Shown here in pieces: positions 26,665 through 39,010 of a stretch of 64,000 nt of DNA. Below the pieces are notes generated by a model, which was given only the letters and a program-made list of their open reading frames with translations, was not told where the DNA came from and did no database searches. Location of the stretch: NCBI GenBank assembly GCA_964016885.1, contig OZ024745.1, forward strand, positions 134,664,001 through 134,728,000, read 5' to 3'. This DNA comes from Eledone cirrhosa (taxonomy: Eukaryota). The number at the start of each line of letters is the position of its first letter. Within the stretch, counting starts at the first letter, position 1. The translations under genes and the position numbers were made by a program.

Positions 26665-28450
26665 TATATTATGTGTGTGTGTATATTATGTGTGTATGTA
26701 TTCTGTGTGTATTATGTGTCTGTATTAGGTGTCTGTATTTGTGCGTATTATCTGTGTGTATTTGTGTATTATCTGTATTATATGTGTGTATTATATGTGT
26801 ATATGTGTGTATTATGTGTGTTGGTGGATTGGCAGTATCGGTAGAGGGTCGGACGCCATGCTTTGACGCATAGAGTTACGGCCCTTGCTATTCTGGGTTC
26901 AAATCCCGCCGAGGTTAACTTTGCCTTTCATCCTTACGGGGTTGATAAAATAAAGTACCAGTAATGCACTGGGATAATTGCTGGCCTTGTGCCAAAAGTA
27001 GAAACAATTGTGTGTATTATATGTGTGTATTATGTGTGTATTATATGTGTGTATTATCTGTGTATTATGTGTGTATTATCTGTGTATTATATGTGTGTAT
27101 ATGTGTGTATTATCTGTGTGTATTATCTGTGCGTATTATCTGTATTATATGTGTGTATTATGTGTGTATTATGTGTGTATTATGTGTATTATCTGTGTAT
27201 TATGTGTGTATTATCTGTGTATTATATGTGTGTATATGTGTGTATTATATGTGTGTATTATCTGTGCGTATTATCTGTATTATATGTGTGTATTATCTGT
27301 ATTATTATATGTGTGTATTATATGTGTGTATTATCTGTGTATTATGTGTGTATTATCTGTATTATATGTGTGTATATGTGTGTATTATCTGTGTATTATC
27401 TGTGCGTATTATCTGTGCGTATTATCTGTATTATATGTGTGTATTATGTGTGTATTATGTGTGTATTATGTGTGTATTATATGTGTGTATATGTGTGTAT
27501 TATCTGTGCGTATTATCTGTATTATATGTGTGTATTATCTGTATTATATGTGTGTATTATGTGTGTATTATATGTGTGTATTATCTGTGTATTATGTGTG
27601 TATTATCTGTGTATTATATGTGTGTATATGTGTGTATTATCTGTGCGTATTATCTGTATTATATGTGTGTATTATCTGTATTATATGTGTGTATTATGTG
27701 TGTATTATATGTGTGTATTATCTGTGTATTATGTGTGTATTATCTGTGTATTATATGTGTGTATATGTGTGTATTATCTGTGCGTATTATCTGTATTATA
27801 TGTGTGTATTGTGTGTATTATATGTGTGTATTATCTGTGTATTATGTGTGTATTATGTGTGTATTATATGTGTGTATATGTGTGTATTATATGTGTGTAT
27901 TATCTGTGCGTATTATCTGTATTATATGTGTGTATTATCTGTATTATATGTGTGTATTATGTGTGTATTATATGTGTGTATTATCTGTGTATTATGTGTG
28001 TATTATCTGTGTATTATGTGTGTATTATCTGTGCGTATTATCTGTATTATATGTGTGTATTATGTGTGTATTATGTGTGTATTATGTGTGTATTATCTGT
28101 GTATTATATGTGTGTATATGTGTGTATTATATGTGTGTATTATCTGTGTATTATGTGTGTATTATCTGTCTATTATATGTGTGTATATGTGTGTATTATA
28201 TGTGTGTATTATCTGTGCGTATTATCTGTATTATATGTGTGTATTATCTGTATTATATGTGTGTATTATGTGTGTATTATATGTGTGTATTATGTGTGTA
28301 TTATGTGTGTATTATCTGTGTATTATATGTGTGTATATGTGTGTATTATCTGCGTATTATCTGTATTATATGTGTGTATTATGTGTGTATTATGTGTGTA
28401 TTGTGTGTAGTATGTCTGTATTATGTGTCTGTATTATGTGTGTATTTGTA
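26665..28450. repeat. Compound satellite of TATTATGTGTG / TATTATCTGTG / TATTATATGTGTG words, interrupted by a SINE
   Basis: Direct reading; produces the spurious Cys/Val/Tyr/Ile ORFs in all three + frames. Confidence 0.95.
26823..27008 (+). mobile_element. tRNA-derived SINE inside the satellite
   Basis: GGTTCAAATCCC B-box; body matches 33789-33974. Confidence 0.9.
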
Positions 28451-29719
28451 ATAAATGTCTACTATATACACATGTATATATATATAATATATAAATACAA
28501 TATAATAATATATGTTGGTGTGTATCGGGTTTGTGTTTATATCACCGTAGAAATCTGTTTATGCAACATTCTAATTAGCAAAGGGAAATTACTGTAGTAT
28601 ATTTTAATAAAAATATTTTATTTTCCGTTTTAGCCAGAAATTTTGTTGTTTGATAAAACTGTCATTGAATTTATGCCTTGTCTGTTTCTGCTGAAGACTA
28701 CTTTACTAATTAAGCTTAGGCTTAATTTATTATATCGGTTTTCATCGTAAAATTGAGACGGGTGTTTTTTCATGTCTATTTAATGCAGCACGTTAGTGAT
28801 ATAGTAAGTTTTAGTTTCTATTTGTTTGAATATCATTTCGAAGCAGATACGACGGGGTTCATTAATTTCTAGATGAATTATTTGGGTTTAGTTTTAGTTT
28901 GTGGTTGTGTGTGTGTGTGTGGGGGGGGGGTATATATAAAACTGAATAGCTATATATATTTATATCATCTTGTCAATATCTAACCTTTTTCCTCATAAAT
29001 ATAGACAGAAATTACGGTATACAAGTAGGCACATGCATTAAAACTTAATATATGGTTATGTTACCAGGAAGCTGGAGAGTGAAAGTAATATAGTTACGGT
29101 TATCTTGAGGAAACGCTATATTTTTTTTTTTATACGCTTTTGCAATATAAGAATAGGAAACGAAGACAAACTGATTGATGCAGACAAAATATATATTTAT
29201 GGTAATTGTTCAGAATTAAGATCGTAGATGTGACCGATGTGAAGCAGCTGTAGAAAGTTGGCATGATGTAGTGAAGAATGCAGTGGGTAGAAAAGACATC
29301 CCCGAGAATAAACATAGAAAGAATAGTTGGTGATTGTTGCAGTGAAAATCAATGAAGTACAAGCATAACGGACAAGAGAGAAGAATGCAGGCCCAGCAGT
29401 TGGAGTTCGCTGCCAAGCAGATGCCAATATAATATGAAATATTAGGGAATCGGATAATGTCGATTCCGTTTTATTGCAAAAGCGAATCCTTTAAAGTGCG
29501 AAACAATATAGTGTTTGTCGTTGATGTATTTATATCTATATTACTCTACATAAGCCCGCAAACAGGCCTTCAACAGTAAATATGTAATTGGCCTTTGTTT
29601 AAAAAGAAATTTTTTTTCTTAATATAATTGTTTATCTGCTGGATTGGTCATTGACCATTTTAGTAGGAGAGGGGATTTTGTTAGTGGTGTGTTACCTTCG
29701 CTGACTTAACTCTGAGAAA

Positions 29720-31250
29720 GAAAAGCAATTATATTTTTCTTTGACTGTATTTAGCCACTGAAGAATGGGTGTAGCTCCTTGGAGCACTCCAACCAATAAT
29801 TCGAAGAACCATCGGGTGTAATGACTTTGGCTTTAGTGTTCGTGTAGAGCAGTGATACTTTTGTATTCCACAAAAATCTTGATCAGGCAGTGACGATAGT
29901 CAGAATTATAGGCAATTTGCTTTAGCTCCCTCAAATATCTTCCTCAGCATCAGGATGTGACCGTTGGTTGATCTTTATCTCTGAAGCTGTTGTGGTTGTT
30001 TGAGCTTTTTGTCCATGTAGGGCTGGATTCTCTTAAGAATCATCCTGTTGAGGTTCTTTGCCACAAGTGAGGTCTCCCTGTAGTTGTTGCTGTTAAAGAG
30101 ATCTGCCTTCTTTGGCAGTGGCACGAAGTTACTGATCGTCCACTGGTTCAGGGAAACTCGTTTCTCCAGTCCCTTTTTACAGAACTGCAAGCTATGAAAA
30201 TCACAACTCTACATGACCTGATGCCACTCGATTTTCTCCATGGGCCTTGCCCTCCTTTATCTTCTTTTTTTGCTCTCTGAAGCTCTCTGGCAAAGGGTCC
30301 TGTCTCAATATTCAGTTTTTGTAACAGCCACCTGATCTGCCCAGTGTTCTTGGCTGTGGAGGGCATCTCATAGTTGTGTTCTAAAATGGTCCAGCCACTT
30401 CCTTTTTCCTATCCTCTGGATCTGTTTCCTTGATCTGACCTTTCCTCCATGTGATCTCGTTGATCATCCAACTGTCAACCGTTCTCTTAACACTTTTAGT
30501 GCCTCCTCTCTGGCGTCAGTGTAAGCGGTACAGAGTGCTTCCCTCATCACCTCCACTGTGTCCATCCTCTCCATAGGATCAGCACAGAATTGGTCCTTGG
30601 CAGGCTGCACACACCTTTGGGTCTGCAGAACTGACATGCTTCTTCTTCTTTCTCCTCAGCATCAGTGTCTCACTTGCTTCTGCTACTGCATTGTTCAAGT
30701 AGCCGTACCTCTTTGTTAAACTCTCCACACAGAGCACTGAACCTGTTGCTCACTTCTCCTGTGAACCTCTTCTGTAGCTTATGTTCATTGAAAGTTCCCC
30801 AGTCATAGATTATACTGTTGGTGTAGCCTTGCTCTTTCTTAAGCTCACTCGGACCTCACTCATAACAAGCATGTGTCCACTGTCCCAGTGTACTGAAATA
30901 GTTGTATGGTTCTGTGTTGAGAACACTATTGCGCTGCTTTTTCCTCACCAGAAAGAAATCAATCTAGGTCTTGGTCCACATCTTTTCTGGATTCTTCCTT
31001 AACGTTAGGTTGGTTGCCATCAAGTTTGCATCCAGCATGGCGTCTGTCGGTAGTCTTCCATTTCGGTTGGTGTTAGGGAATTACCAGCGCGGATCTTCAC
31101 TGCTCTCCTTACTCAGATGTGCATAGAAGTCCCTCAGAAGAATGATGTTTTGAGCTTGTGTGGTGTTGACAGCTCTACAGATCTCATGAAATTCCTCTGC
31201 ATTCACATCACTGTCTCCCTTGGTAGAACTATAAGCTGATATCCGGTTTT
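29720..31250 (-). mobile_element. Decayed APE-type LINE, endonuclease + RT (copies ~35020-36300, 39700-40320, 44040-45520)
   Basis: NIILLRDFYAHL, IDFFLVRK, VPLPKKADLSNRNNYRGTSLVAKTLNRMILKRIQP, GVLQG. Confidence 0.85.
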
Positions 31251-31254
31251 AAAT

Positions 31255-32215
31255 TCCTGTTATTGCCTGCAGGACTATGATAAAAAGGAGAGGGCTAAGA
31301 ACAGCCCTGGTGTACACGGACCTGCATGCTAAATTCCTCGCTCTAATCATTGATAACCCTAACTTTGCTGATTGTTTCTTTATACATGGCTTGTACAGCC
31401 CTCATAAGCCATTCATCTACTTTTAATTTTCCAAGAGCCCACCGTATTATAGCATGGTGGACTCTGTCGAAGGCTTTTTCCATTTCGACAAATGCCAGGT
31501 AGAGTGGCTTACTTTTAGCTAGGTACTAATCAACTGTGCTATAACTCTTTACGTTACTTTCATGATCTGGTCCATCAGCTTTATACCTCTCTAGTTTCCT
31601 CTATCTAGTGCATCACCTTTACCTTTGTATCAGTTGACCATGATGCTGCTGCACGAATCGTTTAGTATTATCTAGTTAACATTACTTGTGGTTATGGTCT
31701 GATCTACTGACCCAGATGCCTTGAGCATCTCGGCAACTATACCCGATGGACCGGTTGCCTTCCCCGTCTTCATATCTTTGATTGCCATACTATATTGCTG
31801 CTGACTTGTTCTGCTAGCCCCTCTATAGGGTTCACTTTGGGTATGGTATCTTTTTCCCATGCATTCTCCCCATTTAGTAATCTTTCATACTGGCTCTTCC
31901 ATGCATCTCCTCAGAAATTGTGAGTGCAATCTGACCTTTATCATTCTGGATACACTTTTGTCCAATGACATCACAATTCTCTCTGACACACTGCCTCGTA
32001 ATCTCGAACACCTGTTTCTGTTCCTCGTGTTGCAAAAGATGCTTGAAATTCCTATCCTCTACCTCCCTTCTAGCTAAGTATACTTGTCGCCTAGCTTCGC
32101 TCCTGGTCTCTATGTAATGTGCCCTGTTTTTCCATTCTTTCCATGCCTGTCTCTTAGCCTTAATTGCCTCATCTACCATATTGTTCTACCACCAAGTGAC
32201 TCTCCTAATCCATGT
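31255..32215 (-). mobile_element. Decayed RTE LINE linker + RT (copies ~36310-37265, 40335-41395, 45525-46440)
   Basis: VDEAIKAKRQAWKEWK, DMKTGKATGPSGIVAEMLKA, MQLGFVPGKGT, LYLAFVEMEKAFDRV. Confidence 0.9.
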
Positions 32216-32844
32216 ATATATCTTTTTATCATTATCCTTTTCTCAAATATACACACATGCAAATATTATGCATGGATATGTTAACTGGTAGCTGGAGAGT
32301 GAGAATAATATAGATGATAAAAATCTATCTTCAGCAACAAGTGCTATATTGTCTCCCATGTTGAAAGATATTATTTTACAATATAAGAACTTGAAACTAA
32401 GACTAACTGATGTATAGAATAGAAAGACCTAGATGTGAAAAGAAGTGGAAATTGTGCAGATTGAAGATTGAAGATTTGACCGATGTGAAGAAACTGGAAA
32501 GATGTTTCGAAAAGAGTGAAGAATGCAGTCCGTAGGAAAGACACCCCCGAGAGTGAACATTTGAAGCTAGAGCAAGGTTTTAAGAGTTAGAAAGAGTAGT
32601 TGTTGATTGTTCCTGTGAAAAGCAATGAAGTGCAAGCATAACAGACGAGACAAGAATGCAGACCCAGCAGTCGGAGATAAGCAGCGAAGCAGATGCCAAT
32701 ATAATATTAAATATTAGAGAATCAGTTTGTTCTTATTTCATGTTTTATTGCGAAATGGTATTGTTGAAAGCTAAAGACAATATAGCGTTTGTTGAAGATG
32801 ATGTATACTTTCTATGCAGAAATAAGGAAACATTTGCAGTCATC

Positions 32845-33690
32845 TTCATAATCATACGTTCGCTTTCAAGTGTGGGACATGTACTATTGAGCACCGCCTC
32901 TCCACTTATACCGGTCGTTGGTCACCTCGTTGGTGATCGTTAGCGATTTGAGGTCTGCTTTCACCACCCGTCTGTTTTTCTTAGTCTTCCTTCTACTGGA
33001 ATTACTTGGCACATGTTTACCCAGCAAACCATCTTATTCTTCTCTCCTGCACATAACTCATACCCATTTTCTCTCTCAACTCATCTCTGCTCGGTCGTCG
33101 GAGCATGCTTCCTTCATTTCTTTGCCAGCCTTGGCATATTCTCTGCAATTGCTGGCCATGTCTCACTTCTTCCAACCCATCCTTATTGTAGATATTATGG
33201 CCTCGTAGTAGCCTCCTCTCTTTCTAATCTGCTCATCTGTATAGAACCCACCTTCATTTGAAAACTGTTTCTATCACTGTCACTTCTACTGTGAAATTTC
33301 TCTGTACATGTAGTTTTCACTACCTGTTTGCTTGCTATCCCACTACATATGTTGAGTACCCCAGATGTGCATTGTGTATATTTTATAGAATTTATCCCAA
33401 CTCCTTTTCAACATAGGGAGCATGTCCTCTTTTCTATGTTTTTATTCTGTCCTCTTGCTTCCAACTACTGTTTCCATAGACAGCATTTCTTCTTTAGCTT
33501 CTTTACTGATTCTGCTATAAGAACCAGATCGTCATGGACAGCTAGTTTTAAACGCATCTGTTACTGACAGCACCTCTGTACAAAGCCTGCACTGCCCTCA
33601 CAAGACATTCCCCAACACCTAGTTTGGTTAGGCACCACCAGATGACAGATCATGGTACCCTACCAAAGGAGTTGTCTGTCAACAAAATTA
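32845..33690 (-). mobile_element. Decayed RTE LINE C-terminal pieces (copies ~37910-38705, 42025-42872, 47065-47935)
   Basis: VEGTRSRGRLGKTYTAVVRADLKSLTIT 3' region; DNA similarity to 660-1050 and to 9545-9665. Confidence 0.8.
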
Positions 33691-33788
33691 ATTGCTAAGA
33701 TGGATTACATTGCCACCGGTTATATTTTATATATTTCCTAAGACTCGTTTGATTAAAAAGCTTTTACTGACATTATTAGTTGTAGCTA

Positions 33789-33974
33789 GGCGGTGGGTTG
33801 GCAGTATCGGTGGAGGGTCGGACGCCATGCTTTGACTTAAAGAGTTACGTCCCTTTACGATCTGAGTTCAAATCCCGCCGAGGTTAACTTTGCCTTTCAT
33901 CCTTACGGGGTGGATAAAATAAAGTACCAGTAATGTACTGGGTTATTGCCGGCCTTGTGCCAAAAGTAGAAACA
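33789..33974 (+). mobile_element. Full-length tRNA-derived SINE with 17-bp target-site duplication
   Basis: ATTATTAGTTGTAGCTA at 33772-33788 and 33975-33991; B-box GAGTTCAAATCCC. Confidence 0.93.
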
Positions 33975-36900
33975 ATTATTAGTTGTAGCTATAAGTTTAG
34001 CTAGATTGCCAGCGTTGAAATAGTATATGTCTATGTATGTATACACGTACACATGTTATTATGTATAGTGTTTTTGTGTTTATACGTCTACAAATGTTTA
34101 TGCCATATTTCAATTAGGAAAGGGAGTTTTACTCTTGGATATTTTAATAAAATTACGAGTTCTTTCCCCTCTTAGCAGGAAATTTAGTTGTTTGATAAAA
34201 CTCAATATTCAAGGCTGGTTGTCTCGGTCAGTGGTAAGCGTCTGTTGAAGACTAGACATCGAAATTACGATATACAAGTACACGCATGGATATGTTGCCA
34301 AGGAGCTGTCGAGTGATTATAATGTAGATAAGCAAAATCTATGAACACTCGCTATATTATCTCGCACTTTTATGGATATGTTTTTGCAATACAAGAATAG
34401 GAAACGAAGAAAAACTAATTCACTGAATACAGTGTGATGCAGGCAAAAGATGTTGAAATTGTGCCGAATTAAGATTGAAAATTTGACCGATGTGAAAGAA
34501 GCTGTGGAAAATTTGCATGATGTAATGAAGAATGCATTGGTTAGAAAAGACATCCCCGAGAATAAACAGAAAGAGTAGTTGCGGATTGTTCCAGTGAAAA
34601 TCAATGAAGTGCAAGCATAACAGATGAGAGAAGCATGCAGGCCCAGCAGTTCGAGTTAGCTGCCAAGGAGATGCCAATATAATATAAAATATTAATGGAA
34701 TCAGATAGTTTATTGATTCCCTGTTTTATTGCAAAAGCGAATCCTTTAAAGTGCGAGACAATATAGTGTTTGTCGTTGATGTATTTTTATCTATATTACT
34801 CTGCGTAAATACGGAAAAATTTATGAGATGCCCGACCCTACATAAGCCCACAAACAGACATTCAACAGTAAATATTTAATTGTCCTTTGTTTAAAAAGAA
34901 ATTTTTTTTTCTTAATATAATTGTTTATCTGCTGGATTGGTCATTGACCATTTTAGTAGGAGAGGGGATTTTGTTAGTGGTGCGTTACCTTCGCTGACTT
35001 AACTCTGAGAAAGAAAAGCAATTATATTTTTCTTTAACTGTATTTAGCCACTGAACAATGGGTGTAGCTCCTTGGAGCACTCGGGTGTAATGACTTTGGC
35101 TTTAGTGTTCGTGTAGAGCAGTGATACTTTTGTATTCCACAAAAATCTTGATCAGGCATTGACGATAGTCAGAATTATAGGCAATTTGCTTTAGCTCCCT
35201 CAAATATCTTCTTCAGCATCAGGATGTGACCGTTGGTTGATCTCTATCTGTGAAGCTGTTCTGGTTGTTTGAGCTTTTTGTCCATGCAGGGCTGGATTCT
35301 CTTTAGAATCATCCTGTTGAGGGTCTTTGCCACAAGTGAGGTCCCCCTGTAGTTGTTTCTGTTAGAGAGATCTGCCTTCTTTGGCAGTGGCACGAAGTTA
35401 TTGATCGTCCACTTGTTCAGGGCAACTCGTTTCTCCAGTCCCTTTTTACAGATCTCCAAGATATGAAAATCACAACTCTACATGACCTGATGCCACTCGA
35501 TTTTCTCCATGGGCCTTGCCCTCCTTTATCTTCTTTTTTTGCTCTCTGAAGCTCCTCTCTGGCAAAGGGTCCTGTCTCAATATCCAGTTATTGTAACAGC
35601 CACCTGATCTGCCCAGTGTTCTTGTCTGTGGAGGGCATCTCATAGTTGTGTTCTAAAATGGTTCAGCCATTTCCTTTTTCCTATCCTCTGGATCTGTTTC
35701 CTGGATCTGACCTTTCCTCCATGTGATCTCGTTGATCATCCAACTGTCAACCGTTCTCTTAACACTTTAGTGCCTCCTCTCTGGCGTCAGTGTAAGCGGT
35801 ACAGAGTGCTTCCCTCATCACCTCCACTGTGTTCATCCTCTCCATAGGATCAGCACATAAATTGGTCCTTGGCAGGCTGCACACACTTTCTGGTCTGAAG
35901 AACTGACATGCTTCCTCTTCTTTCTCCTCAGCATCAGTGTCTCACTTGCTTCTGCTACTGCATTGTTCAAGTAGCCGTACCTCTTTGTTAAACTCTCCAC
36001 ACAGAGCACTGAACCTGTTGCTCACTTCTCCTGTGAACCTCTTCTGTAGCTTATGTTCCTTGAACGTTCCCCAGTCATAGATTATACTGTTGGTGTAGCC
36101 TTGCTCTTTCTTAAGCTCACTCGGACCTCACTCATAACAAGCATGTGTCCACTGTCACAGTGTACTGAAATAGTTGTATGGTTCTGTGTTGAGAACACTA
36201 TTGCGCTGCTTTTTCCTCACCAGAAAGAAATCAATCTAGGTCTTGGTCCACATCTTTTCTGGATTCTCCCTTAACGTTAGGTTGGTTGCCATCAAGTTTG
36301 CACTGGCAGGACACGGACCTGCATGCTAAATTACTCGCTCTAGTCATTCATAACCCTAACTTTGCTGATTGTTTCTTTATACATGGCTTGGTACAGCCCT
36401 CATAAGCTATTCATCTACTTCAAATTTTCTAAGAGCTCACCAGATTATAGCATGGTGGACTCTGTCGAAGGCCTTTTCCATTTCGACAAATGCCAGGTAG
36501 AGTTGCTTACTTTTAGCTAGGTACTTTTCCTGTAACTGCGTCACAAAAGTGAGGACATGAGTGGTGCCTTTTCCTGGTACAAAGCACAATTGCATATCAT
36601 GTAGTTTCACCGTGTTCCTAATCAACTGTGCTCTAACTCTGTTACTTTCATGACCTGGTCCATCAGCTTTATACCTCTATAGTTTCCTCTATCTAGTGCA
36701 TCACCTTTACCTTTGTATCAGTTGACCATGATGCTGCTGCACGAATCGTTTGGTACGACGCCCTTTAGTATTATCTAGTTAACAATACGTGTGGTTATGG
36801 TCTGATCTACCGACCCGATGGACCGGTTGCCTTCCCCGTCTTCATATCTATGATTGCCATACTACATTGCTGCTGACTTGTTCTGCTAGCCCCTCTATAG

Positions 36901-38824
36901 GGTTCACTTTGGGTATGGTATCTTTTTCCCATACATTCTCCTCATTTAGTAATCTTTCATACTGGCTCTTCCACGCATCTTCTCAGCACTTGTGAGTGCA
37001 AGCTGACCTTTATCATTCTGGATACACTTTTGTCCAATGACATCACAATTCACTCTGGAACACCTGTTTCTTTTCCTCGTGTTGCAAAACATGCTTGAAT
37101 TTCCTATCCTCTACCTTCCTTCTAGCTAAGTATACTTGTCGCCTAGCTTTGCTCCTGGTCTCTCTGTAATGTGCCCTGTTTTTCCATTCTTTCCATGCCT
37201 GTCTCTTAGCCTTAACTGGCTCATCTACCATATTGTTCTACCACCAAGTCACTCTCCTCATCCATGTATATATCTTTTTATCATCTTTTTCTCAAATATC
37301 CACACATGACGACACACATGCAAATCTTATGCATGGATATGTTAACTGGTAGCTGGAGAGAGAATAATATAGATAAGTCTATCTTCAGCAACAAGTGCTA
37401 TATTGTCTCCCATGTTGAAAGATATTATTTTACAATATAAGAACTTGAAACTAAGACTAACTGATGTATAGAATAGAAAGACCTAGATGTGAAAAGAAGT
37501 GGAAATTGTGCAGATTGAAGATTGAAGATTTGACCCGATGTGAAGAAACTGGAAAGATGTGTCGAAAAGAGTGAAGAATGCAGTCCGTAGGAAAGACATC
37601 CCCGAGAGTGAACATTTGAAGCTAGAGCAAGGTTTTAAGAGTTAGAAAGAGTAGTTGTTGATTGTTCCTGTGAAAAGCAACGAAGTGCAAGCATAACAGA
37701 CGAGACAAGAATGCAGGCCCAGCAGTCGGAGTTAAGCAGCGAAGCAGATGCCAATATATTATTAAATATTAGAGAATCAGTTTGTTCTTATTTCATATTT
37801 TATTGCTAAATGGTATTGTTGAAAGCTAAAGACAATATAGTGTTTGTTGAAGATGATCTACTTTGTTTATGTATATTACTTTTTATGCAGAAATAAGGAA
37901 ACATTTGCACAGTCATCATCATCATACGTTCGCTTTCAAGTGTGGGACATGTACTATTGGGCACCGCCTCTCTCGGCTTATACTGGTCGTTGGTCACCAC
38001 GTTGGTGATCGTTAGACGGGGGTGGTGAGAGCAGACCTCAAATCGCTATGTTTTTCCTAGTCTTCCTTTACTGCGTCTTCCTTCTACTGGCATTTCTTGG
38101 CACATGTTTCCCCAGCAAACCATCTTATTCTTCTCTCCAGCACTCCACAACTCATACCCATTTTCTCTCTCAACTCATCTCTGCTCGATGGTTGACGAAC
38201 ATCTAACGGAGCATGCTTCCTTCATTTCTTTGCCAGCCTTGGCATATTCTCTGGAATTGCTGGCCATGTCTCACTTCTTCCAACTCATCTTTATTGTAGA
38301 TACTGTGGCCTCGTAGTAGACTCCTCTCTTTCTAATCTGCTCATCTATGTAGCGGAAGGTACGAACCACTTGTATAGAACCCACCTTCATTTGAAAACTG
38401 TTTCTATCACTGGTACTTCTACTGTGAAATTTCTCTGTACAGGTAGTTTTAACTACCTGTTTGCTTGCTATCCCACTACATATGTTGAGTACCCCAGATG
38501 TGGTGCATTGCGTATATTTTATAGAATTTATCTGGCTGTCCATGACGATCTGGTTCTTATAGCAGTTTTAAACGCATCTGTTACTGACAGCACCTCTGTA
38601 CAAAGCCTGCACTGCCCTCACAAGACATTCCCCAACACCTAGTTTGGTTAGGCACCACCAGATGACAGATCATGGTACCCTACCAAAGGACTTGTCTGTC
38701 AACAAAATTAATTTAATTGCTAAGATGGATTACATTGCCACCGGTTATATTTTATATATTTCCTAAGACTCTTTTGATTAAAAAGCTTAATTTTTATTTT
38801 TACTGACATTATTAGTTGTAGCTA

Positions 38825-39010
38825 GGCGGTGGGTTGGCAGTATCGGTGGAGGGTCGGACGCCATGCTTTGACGCAAAGAATTACGTCCCTTTACGATCCG
38901 AGTCCAAATCCCGTCGAGGTTAACTTTGCCCTTCATCCTTACGGGGTGGATAAAATAAAGTACCAGTAATGTACTGGTTAATTGCTGGCCTTGTGCCAAA
39001 AGTAGAAACA
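38825..39010 (+). mobile_element. Paralogous copy of the same SINE insertion
   Basis: Same 17-bp TSD at 38808-38824 and 39011-39027. Confidence 0.93.

Noticed and set aside
26964-28597. Three 470-530 aa Cys-rich ORFs
   Set aside because: Open in all three + frames because the satellite words lack stop codons.
33789-33900. tRNA gene
   Set aside because: B-box present but no cloverleaf; TSD and dispersed copies identify a SINE.
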